This document shows, in pieces, positions 14,774-27,698 of a DNA stretch of 64,000 bases. The translations under genes and the position numbers were made by a program. The stretch is from NCBI GenBank assembly GCA_951406725.2, contig OX597818.1:102114001-102178000 (forward strand), given 5' to 3'. This DNA comes from Octopus vulgaris. Lineage: Eukaryota. Each line of letters opens with the position of its first letter. Position 1 is the stretch's first letter. Under the pieces are notes generated by a model, which was not told the DNA's origin, made no database searches, and saw only the letters and a program-made list of their open reading frames with translations.

Positions 14774-15184
14774 TATTTCTTTATTACCCACAAGGAGCTA
14801 AACATAGAGGGGAAAAACAAGGACGGACAAAATGATTTAGTCGGTTATATCGACCCCAGTGCGTAACTAGTACTTAATTTATCGACTCCGAAAGGATGAA
14901 AAGCAAAGTCGACCTCAGCGGAATTTGAACTCAGAACGTAACGGCATGCGAAATACCCATTTCTTTACTACCCATAAGGGGCTAAACACAGAGAGAACAA
15001 ACAACGACAGACAAACGTATTAAGTCCATTATATCGACCCCAGTGCATAACTTAATTTATCGACCCCGAAAGGATGAAAGGCAAAGTCGACCTCGGCGGA
15101 ATTTGAACTCAGAACGTAACAGCAGGCGAAATACGGCTACGCATTTCGCCCGGCGTGCTAACGTTTCTACCAGCTCGCCGCCTT
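14774..15184 (-). mobile_element. OK-like SINE, dimeric body
   Basis: Reverse complement of the family consensus. 13-bp TSD with one mismatch: ATGAGATATTTGT 14761-14773 and ATGAAATATTTGT 15189-15201. Confidence 0.9.
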
Positions 15185-16729
15185 AAAAATGAAATATTTG
15201 TATAGTACATAGCCTTTCAGAGTATAATATGTTATATTTCTCTTCAAATTTGTGATTGAGTTCATAATCTTTTATGCACGTTAATGTGCTAAATATATTA
15301 AACCAGATCATTGTAGATGTAATGATTTAGCACCTTTCTAATTACTAGATGTTGCCACACTATTGGCAAACTGTATCCTATTATTGTAATATAGATATCG
15401 TCAGTAATTTGTTTGCAGTTTTCAAATTTCCATTACAACTGTTCTGTTGTCTCTCAATTTTCAATCAAATGCTTCTTTAGATACGTCAGACAATTTAGAG
15501 AACGGCGTGTGTTGCAACCAATGCTTCATTGATTGCAACACTTAATATCATTCATGAAGCTGCACTGCATAGCAAAGCAAGGATTTCTATATGACAAAAC
15601 CATACTAATTTCACTTTTGAATTTTTAAACTTATTTCTGTCGGCAAATATTTCAGAAAATATATATTTTTACTAGAATTATTTATGTGCTACTATTAAAC
15701 ACCAAACTGTATGATAAACGTCAGCTGTTTGACTTGCAGAGTTAAGTATTTGCTTTGTCTCTATTTTCACTTCTGTATATAACCAGAATATATTTGTTTA
15801 GGTAATCAGACATATTTTAATAAATTAGTGTAAATATTTATGGTAATTTAGTTCAGGAAATTGATCAAAGAATAATTTAAATTTTCACTTTACATGTTTT
15901 TACCGAATATTATGAATAATCTGCCAAAACAACGCCTGAATTTACATGCTTTTCCTATTTAATACGCTTCTGATTGTCCATGCAAGATGTTTATGAAGGA
16001 GAAGGAATGAAAATTATGTCGGGTTATGTTATTTAAAAATGTATACATTCTTACTGTAGCATAGCAGATATATAATATGCAATGGGTTTCTTACATATCA
16101 CCACGAATTCACAATCACATATGCACATATCCAGGGTAAAATACCTTGTTAATTAAACCTATATGAGTAGACAAATCTGTTACAGTCAAGATTAACTCCA
16201 TTTTGTTACTAAATAAGTTACAAACTTTGCAATCGCCTCATCACTTTGAAGAAATTAACCCATTCATTGTTAGAGGACTCACTACAGTTTCTAAACAGTT
16301 ATATAAACCACTCTAACGTATATATGTATTGTTGTTATTAAAATATAAAATTCAGGCCTCAATTATACGTCGTTCGAGGTATTTATTTCCCCTTTTTCTC
16401 AAACTGGAATGTTCTTCTGTTATATAAAATATACAGAAGCAAAAAGTAATTGGAACAAGAAATACAAACCCATGGGATGTTGTAAGAAACATGAGTAGGC
16501 ACAGTTACGCGTACACTGACAAACATCCTCATATATACATAAATATTCAGACATCATTCACATATTATTGTTGTATTATTAAACGGAAATATATATTAAA
16601 TGGAATTCCGATGAGCATTCTTTCAAATAGTCAGCTTGTAAGGCAATTAAACATGATGTTAATTAAAATCGATACCGAAGTTAAGACGTTACTAACAAGT
16701 GAAGATATTGTTATAAGTATACATTGATA

Positions 16730-16960
16730 ATTTTTATTTCGTTTTTGGATTTGGTTTGCAAGATTCTTTATGTGAGTTCGTGTGTTAAAGCATATTCTAT
16801 TGTGTCTGGGGAGAGTCATTTTCGTTGTGTCTTGCAACCTTTTCAATAGTCTTGAACATTTTAGGAAAATAGAAATAAGACGTAAGTGGAAATTTAACTG
16901 GCGAGTGTGTTAAATTATAAGGCACAAAAAGAAAATTACTCTCCCCAGACACAACAGACT
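16730..16960. mobile_element. Repeat element with internal inverted repeat
   Basis: TTGTGTCTGGGGAGAGTCATTTTC (~16800-16823) pairs with GAAAATTACTCTCCCCAGACACAA (16931-16954). Confidence 0.6.
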
Positions 16961-19737
16961 AAGAATATTTGTTTTCCTGGATTTTGACAACGGGCAGGTA
17001 TCATGCAGGTAAATGACAACGGATTAACGTTTTGATAGGAAGATTTATATAAACTTTGCAAAGAAAATTATTTAATCCGTGGAAACGATCAACGTACTTA
17101 CTTCTTAGAAGCATTCCTGTCAGAATAAAATGATAAAAGAGAATACATTTGTACAAATGTCTGCATATATTGATGCATGTATGTGCATATACATGCGTAT
17201 ATAGATGCATTATAAAATGCTTATTGGTTAGTAAATAGTAAGAAAAGGACTAATGCACGACATCTTATAATCTATATCTTGTTTGTTGTTGTTTTGAACT
17301 AGGGTCTTGGCAATCGTAAATTCATTGAAGTAGTTAACAAAACCAGTGTTTTATGATAGTCTGAACTTGCTATATATTTATCACTGAACATTGCTTCCGG
17401 TGCCATGAGGTGAATGATTGTTACGTAGATATTTGTAGAAAACAACGAGATCTACGCTCGTATAGCTTTGGCGTAGACAGTTAGCCACACTAATATATTT
17501 GATTTCATAATCATAGAGTCAACACATCAATGGAGAATCTTAGCGAATTTAATACATACACTCTTATACATCCAACAATGTTCAGAAGTCTTTGCAGATA
17601 TATTATTGCTGATAACGTCTTTTGCTAATTCATCTTGGGATCACGTAATTCTATTAACTTTATGTGTGAGTTACATCTAACAAAATGAATTATATCTTGT
17701 CAGTTGAAGGAAGCAAGAAAACAGTCTATATGAAATATTGAATTCTACATTTGATTTCACACACCATATTATCACGGTCAGACTCAATTCTTGGTGCGCA
17801 TTATTAATTTCTTCCTACATTAAACAGATTTCCTCTTAAAACTTTATTGTAGTAAATCACGCTATTGCTTTTCAAATTAATTTCTCTATCATATTGCATT
17901 CTAAAATAGTTTACGTGACAAAAGTCAGAAAATCTCTACCTACATTTATTTTCCAAATCTGCTTTTGTTCATAACAGTTTTTATTTTAATATCTATCATC
18001 GGTATTGCAATTTATATGCTTATTTAATCTTGTTTTAAAATTACAAAATGGTAAAACACAGTAAAAATCAACATTCTAATTTCGGAGCAAAACGAGCCAG
18101 GTTTTAACGTTTATCTTCATCATAATGTGTTTATACAACGTTATCCCTTCTAAATTCTCCTTTGTGGAATGTAAAAAATTCGTTGTTGTACATTATGTTT
18201 CCACTTTGAAGGAACTGGAATCTTAATCGTTCGGAGATTTATTAGATTTATTACTTTTTTGAATATCCTAGATATAAATACAAGATTATTAAGAGTAGAC
18301 ATGAATTAAGTACGTATGCTACATACATATTTTGCAATAGGCAGAAGTGTTGGTCTCTGATTATAATATTCCAGTTTTGATACGGGAACCAGCAGGTACT
18401 GCGTTCTTAGGCAATTTGCAGCATTGTAAGTAGTGCTAACCTAATGAAAACAATAATTAGCTGTCAAATACTGGAGATCCCCTTATTGCTCCATTTGAGA
18501 CACCCGTTGCTCCAATGCAAAAGTGAGCTGCTTAAGCCCATATCTCGCCTCATCTTCGTGATCACGAAAAAAAATAAAAGGACGGGTTTAATCGCGTGTG
18601 TATGACGCATGTGACCTTTCTTGGTTTTATACATATCACTTATAGAATCTCGTACGCCAATACTACTACATGCAATATGTTCTGAGAAAAGGAGATGAAA
18701 TGGTAGTAATCGATTTGTGGATACCCATCGTACTTTAATTATAATTCATCACGTTTTAAATTCTAAGGATCAGATTACTGAGCCTTAAATCGTGATCCGT
18801 ATGAAACAACATTCAAATAATGCATATACTGTCAACATACTATATATTTCTGATATGTGTAACATTTGGTTATGCATTACCTACACATAGTATTAATAAC
18901 GGAAATTCACTATATTTTCGTTATAATTCAGTTATCGCTATTTATGGTTATTTTTTTTTAAAAAGCTTGGGCTGAGTTTCATCGTTAATTTCATGAGATA
19001 AGAATGATATATACGTGAACTTTATTATTTTTTTTACCTTGATTTTGTACGTAAAACTAAATTTGAAAAATCAGGGATATTCTGGAATGGAAACGTTAAT
19101 TATACTAGGGAAATAGAATTTATTACAATCTGTTGCTGTATCGTATAGAGGTCACGATATTGTAGAAGTTACAAGTTTTTCCATCCAAGTAAATAGCATC
19201 GTTATTTTGACTATACTTTACTATGATTTGGAATAGCGCAAAATATGAAAATGACACTGAAAACTTTTATAGTAAATTCGTGAAGGTAATATGATCAAGA
19301 ACTTTGTGTTTGAAAGTTAAGGTAATCCGATTGAAATGAAGCTGAAATTAAAGGAAATTTGAACGTAAAATTGACATTGGCTTTAGGTATGTAAGAAAAG
19401 TAAATGTCTATCAGCTAATGCGTAAATAATATCTCACACCTATCTCTTTGATTATACACAATTGACATTAAATGCACAGAGCACGGTAAAGATCTTATCT
19501 CAACGCAATTTAATTGACTTGTCTATAATGCAGTGTATATTTTATAAGGCGTACGTTAACAGTGCATCGCCACAAATATATTCTCCATAATAAGTTTGAC
19601 ATAAGCATTTTTAGAATTCAATAATATAAAACAGATTGTTACTTTTGCAGTAATAATTTATCTCCCCCCAATAAACTCTCTCTATCTATCTATATATCTG
19701 TCTATTTATCTATATATGTATATATCTACCTATCTAT

Positions 19738-19778
<41 letters not shown>

Positions 19779-20221
19779 CATAACAAAATCTGTTATGCAC
19801 AATATACAACCAATAAAACAAACACTTCAATTTTCACAAAATGTGACTGACAGTGATTGGAACCTACATTGCTACAAATAAGAGAAAAAAAACAACCTTT
19901 AGAGCCTCAAACATGCACATGTCTTCGTTATTTTATAATTTTTACGTTACCATGTTACAGAATCCGCCATTTATTCATATGTAAAATACCGACAGTCGGG
20001 ATTAAGACAAACCTTCCAGTGATGAAGTCACAAAAGAAGAGGTTAAATTTTAAGCGAAACTACATTATTATGGTGACTTGCTTCACGGTGGTGTGGTTAT
20101 CTCCTCTGTCAGTGCGTAGACATGTGCTTCTTTCCAGCTCAAACATTTTAAAAGTCTTATTTCCAGGAATGCTGATGCTACCCTGCACCCTTAGACATAT
20201 CTAGCGTCAAGTGTGTATATA

Positions 20222-20269
<48 letters not shown>

Positions 20270-20294
20270 CACACACACACACATATATATATAA

Positions 20295-20325
<31 letters not shown>

Positions 20326-20327
20326 TA

Positions 20328-21137
20328 TATTTAAAGGGCTAAAAAAAACACTATGTGGTCAGCCATATGCTAGAAGCAGATCACTTACGATCAAACTACA
20401 AAGAAAAGAACGTTCTCTGGAGAAGAATTCAGCCGACACCAGAACAATATACGGGCAAGACAGATGAAAATTATATAAAAAACAAGAATTAAACGCAGAC
20501 CGGCGGTTTCACCTATTAATGAATGAATCACTTACGTAATCCCTCGTCCGTAGGGATCGTCAATACGATCGTTCCACAAGTAATATAATTTGTAAAACTA
20601 ACCACCAGTTTTCCGTATAAAAACAGACACGTGCTTAGTTTCACCGATTACATTGGGGTTAATTTCAAATGTCTGAGTTCTGGCGCGCTAAAATTCTGCC
20701 TATTAGAGAACATATTTATTTTAACATTTTAATAATGAGGGAGATAAATTGAATATTAATTCAATTAATATCAGCTTAAAACCAGTAGCCTAGCATACAA
20801 AAATCTGAAAAATCAGAGAAAATTCTTAAACATGTGTATATTTAAAGGGCATTATGCTAGAAGTAGATCACCTACGATCAAACTACAAAGAAAATAACGT
20901 TCTCTGGAGAAGAATTCAGCGGACACCAGAACAATATGCGTGCAAGACAGATGAAAATTATATAATAAACAAGAATTAATCGCAGACCGGCGGTTTCGCC
21001 TATTAACGAATGAATCACTTACGTAAATCCCTCGTCCGTAGGGATCGTTAGTACGATCGTATTTTGTATGCTAGGCTACTGGTTTTAAATTGATATTAAT
21101 TAAATTAATATTCAATTAATCTCCCTCATTTTTTAAA
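20328..21137 (-). mobile_element. Penelope-type non-autonomous element: direct repeat (period ~488 bp) plus inverted segment, with two hammerhead motifs
   Basis: Direct copies at 20328-20572 and 20839-21060. Segment 20727-20804 is inverted at 21061-21137. Hammerhead motifs on the minus strand at 20494-20567 and 20979-21057. Embedded in (TA)n. Confidence 0.75.
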
Positions 21138-21170
21138 TGTTTATATATATATACACACACATATATATAT

Positions 21171-21314
<144 letters not shown>

Positions 21315-24300
21315 TGAGTGCGTTTATACATTTTAAATATGTGAATTGTCCTTTCACATATAAGTTATACCTCACTTTCTGTAATGATAATGTACAGGTA
21401 TGTATGTGTGCAACATTCTAACACAGTTAATTCCCATATCAGTTCGGAAACAGAAAGTCGACTGTTTTATTACATGAATCCTATAGCTTTTTACCATTTA
21501 ACATATATTACAAAGTAGTCTACATAACAAAGTCCCAAATTAGACATCTGTGTATCGATCGCTGAAAACTTCAAGCAGTCGTTTATAAAGCAGTGTTAAA
21601 TTAATATTAGTTGATTAATTTAGAAATAACTGAAAAACATTTATATAAGCAGTTGTTAAAATTCCCGAGTGAGTCATTTTTCTGCTTTTATGATCTACTG
21701 TAAGGAGATTGAAAAGTGATTACGCTAATCACATAAAGAATTTAGATCTAAGTAATTTAACTTACACAGAGTTACGGTGCTATAAACTGAAACGTTTTTA
21801 CATAAAACGATAATTATTTACATTTTGGTATTGTAAATTCATTATGTAATATGTAATGGGCTTTGGTGTGTAATACATTGATGAGTTGTCTCTTAATGTA
21901 GTTTTCATTTTCCTGATCTTGCGTAAAGTTTTTTCTGTTTTAATTTACCCACACTTTTTCTATGCGCTTTATAATCATTCAGTGCTAAAGTGTTTGGTAG
22001 TGGAATGTTTAGACAGCAAACACTAGGTCGTTATTTAATAAAAGTAATGTGACCAAGTCAGATTCGTATATTCTGTCAGAAGTGGGGCGTAACTGGTTTA
22101 TATTGTGTACAGTTGAATATCGGACGTCAATTGTGACGCATAGTAAAGAGATTTATTGAAGCACAAATTTACATCTGGAGAAATTTACACATAATTATCG
22201 TTGTACTGAGACAAAATACTCATGAAAAATTGGAAATAAATTGACGCATTGGGTTGCTTCTGCTGTAGTATCTAACATACACATAATAAAACATTTGTTA
22301 GGACTGAGAAAAAGCTTGAAGCATTATCTATTGCACAAATCTTAAGTAGGTGTATCTTTTAGGATTTATCTATACATTACATAATTTACTGAAAATTCAT
22401 GCTCGTCATCTAAATTAATTTCAGTGATGAAGATGTTATTTAGAATTATTAACTAATATCTATTAGCATGTTGTTGAGATATATGCACAGCACACAATGA
22501 TTAATATGTTTGTAATTGTTTTCAGAAATCAAGCTCGGGATAATACATCACTCACAAATAATCAGGAATAAAGTGTAAACAAGAAACTGAGAATTAATTT
22601 GCACTGCTTACTAATATCACTGAAGCAATCTGTTAATGAGAAAATCAGCTCAATATCAAGGATATTACTGGTTCACATATATGTATCTCAAGATGAGCTG
22701 TAACAATTAAATTCCTTATGATGTAAATGTTTCAAAATTTGAAAGTATCGAAAACCATAGATGGTAAATAAACTGCATATTAATACAGGTGGCATATTGT
22801 ATGAAAACGTGTTGCGGTAACAAGGCACTAAATTTCAAATAGTCATTAATATTTTAATACTAGATAATTGAACATAATTCTGATAATCATTTCAATCAGA
22901 ATTTGTGGTCATGTGCTGAGAAAGGTTTTACAAATATTACTGCATATTCGTGCAATGTTTCACTTCGTGCATGGGAAATATATTTGCAACTTGCTCACAT
23001 AGTTTATTGCTTGCACAAGGTACATTGATTTCCTGCAGTATGGCATTCATTCTCTCAATAATTTTGTACAGGATAATTACTGTTATAAACGGCATTAAAT
23101 AGAGTCTGGCATAGCTAAATCTGCAATACACAGTTTTTGAGTAACTGTACATGGTATTATTACCTACCGTCAATATAATTATACTTAATTCGTTTTGTTG
23201 ACTATACATTCCAGAATTCCGTTTTGCTTCCGGTATTTTGCAACATTAATTTCTTCCACAACTTCTAAGCGTAAGTCTTTCATTTAAATTCGTATAGTAT
23301 ATTTGAGAATATAAAAAGTTGTTTAATTCGAATTCGTAATAATATTATGCATGATTGTGATGTACATGGTCAACTCTCTTTGTATATTCGTTATACAAAG
23401 AACTAATAATTCACTAAGAACTAATAAACATATGTCTACTAATCATGAAATTATTCCTGTATTTTCTCAAGAATCTATGTATTGTCGGCCTCTTTTTAAG
23501 CTGCTATTTAGTTTGCTCCACTTTCAGTAAAATACATTCACGAAAATACGGTTGGCTAGAACTGATCTGGCCTCCACAGCACAACATACATCGATAAAGG
23601 TAGTGTTATCTTTATCTTAAAACATAAAACAATATCGTTAGCTTTATTAACACAAGTACCACCATATGCGATGTTTCTAATATTACTAAAATATTTACAG
23701 CTACCAATTTTTAAACATTGCATGTTTAATTACGTGAAAACAACAAACATTGTTTGCCTCACAGTGAGGTCATGTATCTATAAATACCTTTTTTGTAGAA
23801 AGTTAGCTTTATACTTATCTTCTCAGTCATTCGTTGCTCAATCTAATTTCATATATAGTGGTGATGTAGGGCATAAATTTGCTTCAGGAAATTTTCATAT
23901 TGATTCAATTACGTCATCGGGTTCGGGTTCTTATCATCACAAAATCTTCCAAAGATGTTTTGCTTTGCATTAAACTGCTGTTGAAGAAACATTTACCGCA
24001 ACATTCTTTTGGTTTCGTTATAAATTTTTCAGTTCTGTAATGAATAACCTATATATAAATATTTATTTTCCTGGATCCTATTAATTATCTTCATGTTTCA
24101 TTGCTAGAAAACTGTATTATTTGATACTTGACCAGCGATTATATCCTACATTGATAAATACGTTGAACATTCAAGATGTTCACAATTACAAATTAGAATG
24201 AAGAAACTAATGCAGGTGGTATTTACAAGATACGTGACAGACATGCGAATACATAGAAAAATAAAGCATTCATTCAGCTAGGATATAAAAACTATATATC

Positions 24301-24525
24301 TTTGAATAATAAAACGTAGCAAAACAATTTTATATCATTATGTGGCATTCGATAAATGATTACATACCAAATAAATATCTAGCATGGATCATAATCGCAA
24401 TGTGCATCAATCTTAAAATCCTTACCTGTCCCAAACAGAACATGTTTGAGCTTGCTCTGCCCTCCAGTGAATTCTTGTTTCTCCGACTTATATCTCGCAC
24501 CGGGTTGTTAGTGCTCTGTTTGCCC

Positions 24526-24526
<1 letters not shown>

Positions 24527-24614
<88 letters not shown>

Positions 24615-24634
24615 CCATCATCATCATAACATCA

Positions 24635-24686
<52 letters not shown>

Positions 24687-24838
24687 AATTAGTAGTAGTA
24701 GTGGTGGTGGTGGTGGTCGCGGCGACGATGTTGGTGGTGGTGATTGAGGTGGTAATGGTGACGGTGATGATAGTGTAGGTAATATTGGTGGTAGTAGAAA
24801 TAATAGCAGTAGTGGCAGTGACGGTTGTGGTGATTTTG

Positions 24839-24923
<85 letters not shown>

Positions 24924-24947
24924 CAGCAGTAGTAGTAGTAGTAGTAA

Positions 24948-25025
<78 letters not shown>

Positions 25026-25075
25026 TAGTTAGTTGTCGTTGTTGATGTAACAGCAGCAGATGTAGCAGTAGTAGA
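24527..25075. repeat. Compound trinucleotide microsatellite (CAT)n(CAC)n(ATT)n(GGT)n(GTA)n
   Basis: Directly visible. Produces spurious poly-His, poly-Ile and poly-Val ORFs. Confidence 0.97.
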
Positions 25076-25479
25076 ATTTCATTGTAGTTAGTATTAACGA
25101 CCTATCATTGAACAGCGTTGATTATTATTAGGATGCGTATAGGACAAAATGTAAAATAATTATATCAGGAATCTAGGTAAAGTAATGAATTAAGACTTAA
25201 TGTTGGTTAGGGGTAAATTTCGCCGTTATTCATAGCAAACTATGCAGCAAATCATCCAATTAGCGACCCGCCTAGAGGAATGTGCGCGATTGTAAAATTA
25301 ATGCACGCAGTTAGCAGCTACAGGGTTTTAATAGTTACTTATTGTATGGCTGTGTTCCTCCTCCCCTTCTATACCACAAAGGAATAGACTTGCATGAGTG
25401 TATACATATACGCATAAATATATATATATATAAATATATAAATAGATAGATAGACAGATAGATATAAGCATGTGAATAC

Positions 25480-25512
<33 letters not shown>

Positions 25513-25856
25513 TGTATGTATAAATAGATGCGTGTATTTCCCCTTGTTAACACGAAAAACAGATAAATAGTTAGCCGGGTAGCAACAAATCCTACAAGTA
25601 AAAAAAAGATGAAACTCCTTGTTTTTAAAAGTAGAACAACACCTGAGTTTAACTACATTACATATATTTATATGTATATTTATACACGTGTGTGTGTGTG
25701 TGTCTGAGTGTGTGTGTTTGTATTTATACGTACAGACACACATAAGAATACACACATCAATGTGACATTTCATTTGAAACAGCCTTATATATATATATAT
25801 ATATTTTGTGAAATAGAAAGATGAATAATCTTGTTGCAGATTAATCAAAAGTTTAA

Positions 25857-26963
25857 CCGAGAATCACCCACCCGAATGCGAGAGCTGGCGCCCCGACCCA
25901 TCACATAAATAGGAACAAGCATATATGGTTTGTAATTCCCTTTGGTAAGCAGATTAGAACTAACCTCCCCCTCATGTTTCGACAAGCCATCGCCAACAAC
26001 TTCCCCAGAAATTCCAAATATTACTCCACGGTTAATTCGCATAAAGTTAGGATAGCTTTCTCCAACACTAAAAACCTCGCCCAGATAGTCGCCTCCTATA
26101 ATAATAGGCTGCTTACTAAGACCCTACCACCTTTTTCCGGAGGCACAGCTTCTTCCGCTCCCGGTTTAACGCCCAGTAGGAATAATAATAGTAGTAATAA
26201 TGATATGAGAGCCAGTACAGTGACTCATAATCTCAGCTCCAACCAGGGATTATATACTAGGGGTATAGTTATAAATAAGGGTGATGTCATTGACGGTAGC
26301 GATGGCAGTAGTGAGGTGAGCGCAGCTCGGCTCGCTAGGGTAGAGAGTCCCAATAGCAACTCCAGCATCGTTTCCGACAATAGCAGCACCACGGGCACTA
26401 GCAATGACAGCACTCTGAGTGATAGTGTAGAATCAGGGGTTATTCCGTTAGTTAATAGTAACGTAGTGGAAAATAAAGTAGTAAGCGGCTGCAGTTCTCG
26501 CAACAAATATAGTAACAGTAACGCAGTTCTAATTTCAGAAACTAATCCTAATAGAATAAGGTTCACGTCGGTGAACTCCAAGATCAGAAACGCCGTCTAC
26601 CAATGTAAGGTTTACTACTCTTATGTCGGGGCCTCTATCTACTCTTATGTCGGGGCCTCATCGTCAAGATTGTCCTCACGAATCTCCAACCATTACGCAA
26701 CTTTTCGAGACGTGAATAAATGCCAGACCACGGGACTTAGCAAGCTAATATGGCGATTGAAGAATACGAACTCAAGCTACAGCCTGGAATGGTCAATTTT
26801 GTCGGTGGCCCTCCCATTTGACAGGGGCAGAAGGAAGTGCAACCTTTGTGTCTCCGAAGTCTTCCATATATTGTTCGCCAGAGACCGGATGGTAAACGGA
26901 CTTTTACAGTCGGCTTTTCGATGCCCCCACTGGCGGCGTTATACTTATCTTGCTTATAAATAA
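25857..26963 (+). CDS. Penelope-like ORF fragment: RT thumb/linker plus GIY-YIG endonuclease (RT core missing)
   Basis: Frame is open from 25857. IWFVIPFGKQIRTN..FRQAIANNFP..VRIAFSNTKNLAQIVASYNNRLL matches the PLE thumb region. AVYQCKV..YVGAS..RISNH..F..LSKLIWRLK..WSIL..CNLCVSE..RCPH matches the PLE GIY-YIG domain. Confidence 0.88.
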   Translation, partial: PRITHPNARAGAPTHHINRNKHIWFVIPFGKQIRTNLPLMFRQAIANNFPRNSKYYSTVNSHKVRIAFSNTKNLAQIVASYNNRLLTKTLPPFSGGTASSAPGLTPSRNNNSSNNDMRASTVTHNLSSNQGLYTRGIVINKGDVIDGSDGSSEVSAARLARVESPNSNSSIVSDNSSTTGTSNDSTLSDSVESGVIPLVNSNVVENKVVSGCSSRNKYSNSNAVLISETNPNRIRFTSVNSKIRNAVYQCKVYYSYVGASIYSYVGASSSRLSSRISNHYATFRDVNKCQTTGLSKLIWRLKNTNSSYSLEWSILSVALPFDRGRRKCNLCVSEVFHILFARDRMVNGLLQSAFRCPHWRRYTYLAYK

Positions 26964-27530
26964 CGCTTATAAATAATACTTGCGCCCGGTTACACTACTT
27001 ATATGAAAATAGCCCTTGGAAATAAATTCTGAAATACTTTTAGAGAAATATGATTAACCATTGCAAGGGGAATTACTCCTGGGAGACGAATGGGGGTTTG
27101 TCTTGACAAGGCAGGTTTAGACGAACACACGCGTACATAAAAAATTTCTTTCTGCCACCCGACGGATTTTACAGCAGTGACCATTGTGTAGGGCTGTTTA
27201 CCAACTGACAGCCACGTGATCAAACACACATACGAACACATAGAACAGTACACACACACATGTTTCTAAGTAGATTTTGGCTCGCCCCATATAATACACC
27301 TAATATTCTTTAAATAGTCAGAACTTTAGTCTCGGTCACAAAGAACATCTAAGCACCCCATGCTCCCACCCACCGGAATGACCGCTGCCTGACCCGTTAA
27401 AACCTTCAACGCACCCACCACCAGTTTTCAACATACATAGATAAACAGTTTGGCCATGGGCTCTTAGGAGCCTCGTTCGATTTGTTTTGCTCCGCCTCTG
27501 TTCTGTTTTTGTTTTTTCCAACGGATTTCC

Positions 27531-27618
27531 CATTTCTTCCTGAAGAGAAAGACACAATATGGTCTCCTTATTCAATCGGAATTTGGTAAATTGTGTCTTT
27601 CGAAACACGTGTAGAATG
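27531..27618 (+). ncRNA. Type I hammerhead ribozyme in the Penelope 3' UTR
   Basis: ttc CTGAAGA (27540-46), 12-bp stem II GAAAGACACAAT/ATTGTGTCTTTC, GAAA (27602-05), palindromic CACGTG stem III, GUA cleavage triplet, then gaa closing a short stem I. Confidence 0.85.
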
Positions 27619-27698
27619 CAATAAAACGATTTCTGTTCAATCTTCGTTCAACTCCATTTCTTCAATTCACTAATAATATAAATATATATATATATATA

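Larger units (their letters stand above)
25857..27672 (+). mobile_element. 5'-truncated Penelope-like retroelement (ORF C-terminus plus 3' UTR with hammerhead)
   Basis: GIY-YIG ORF, then ~700 bp of UTR with a hammerhead and AATAAA, ending at (TA)n. Confidence 0.85.

Noticed and set aside
24340-25045. Poly-His/Ile and poly-Val ORFs
   Set aside because: Compound trinucleotide microsatellite with no domain signal.
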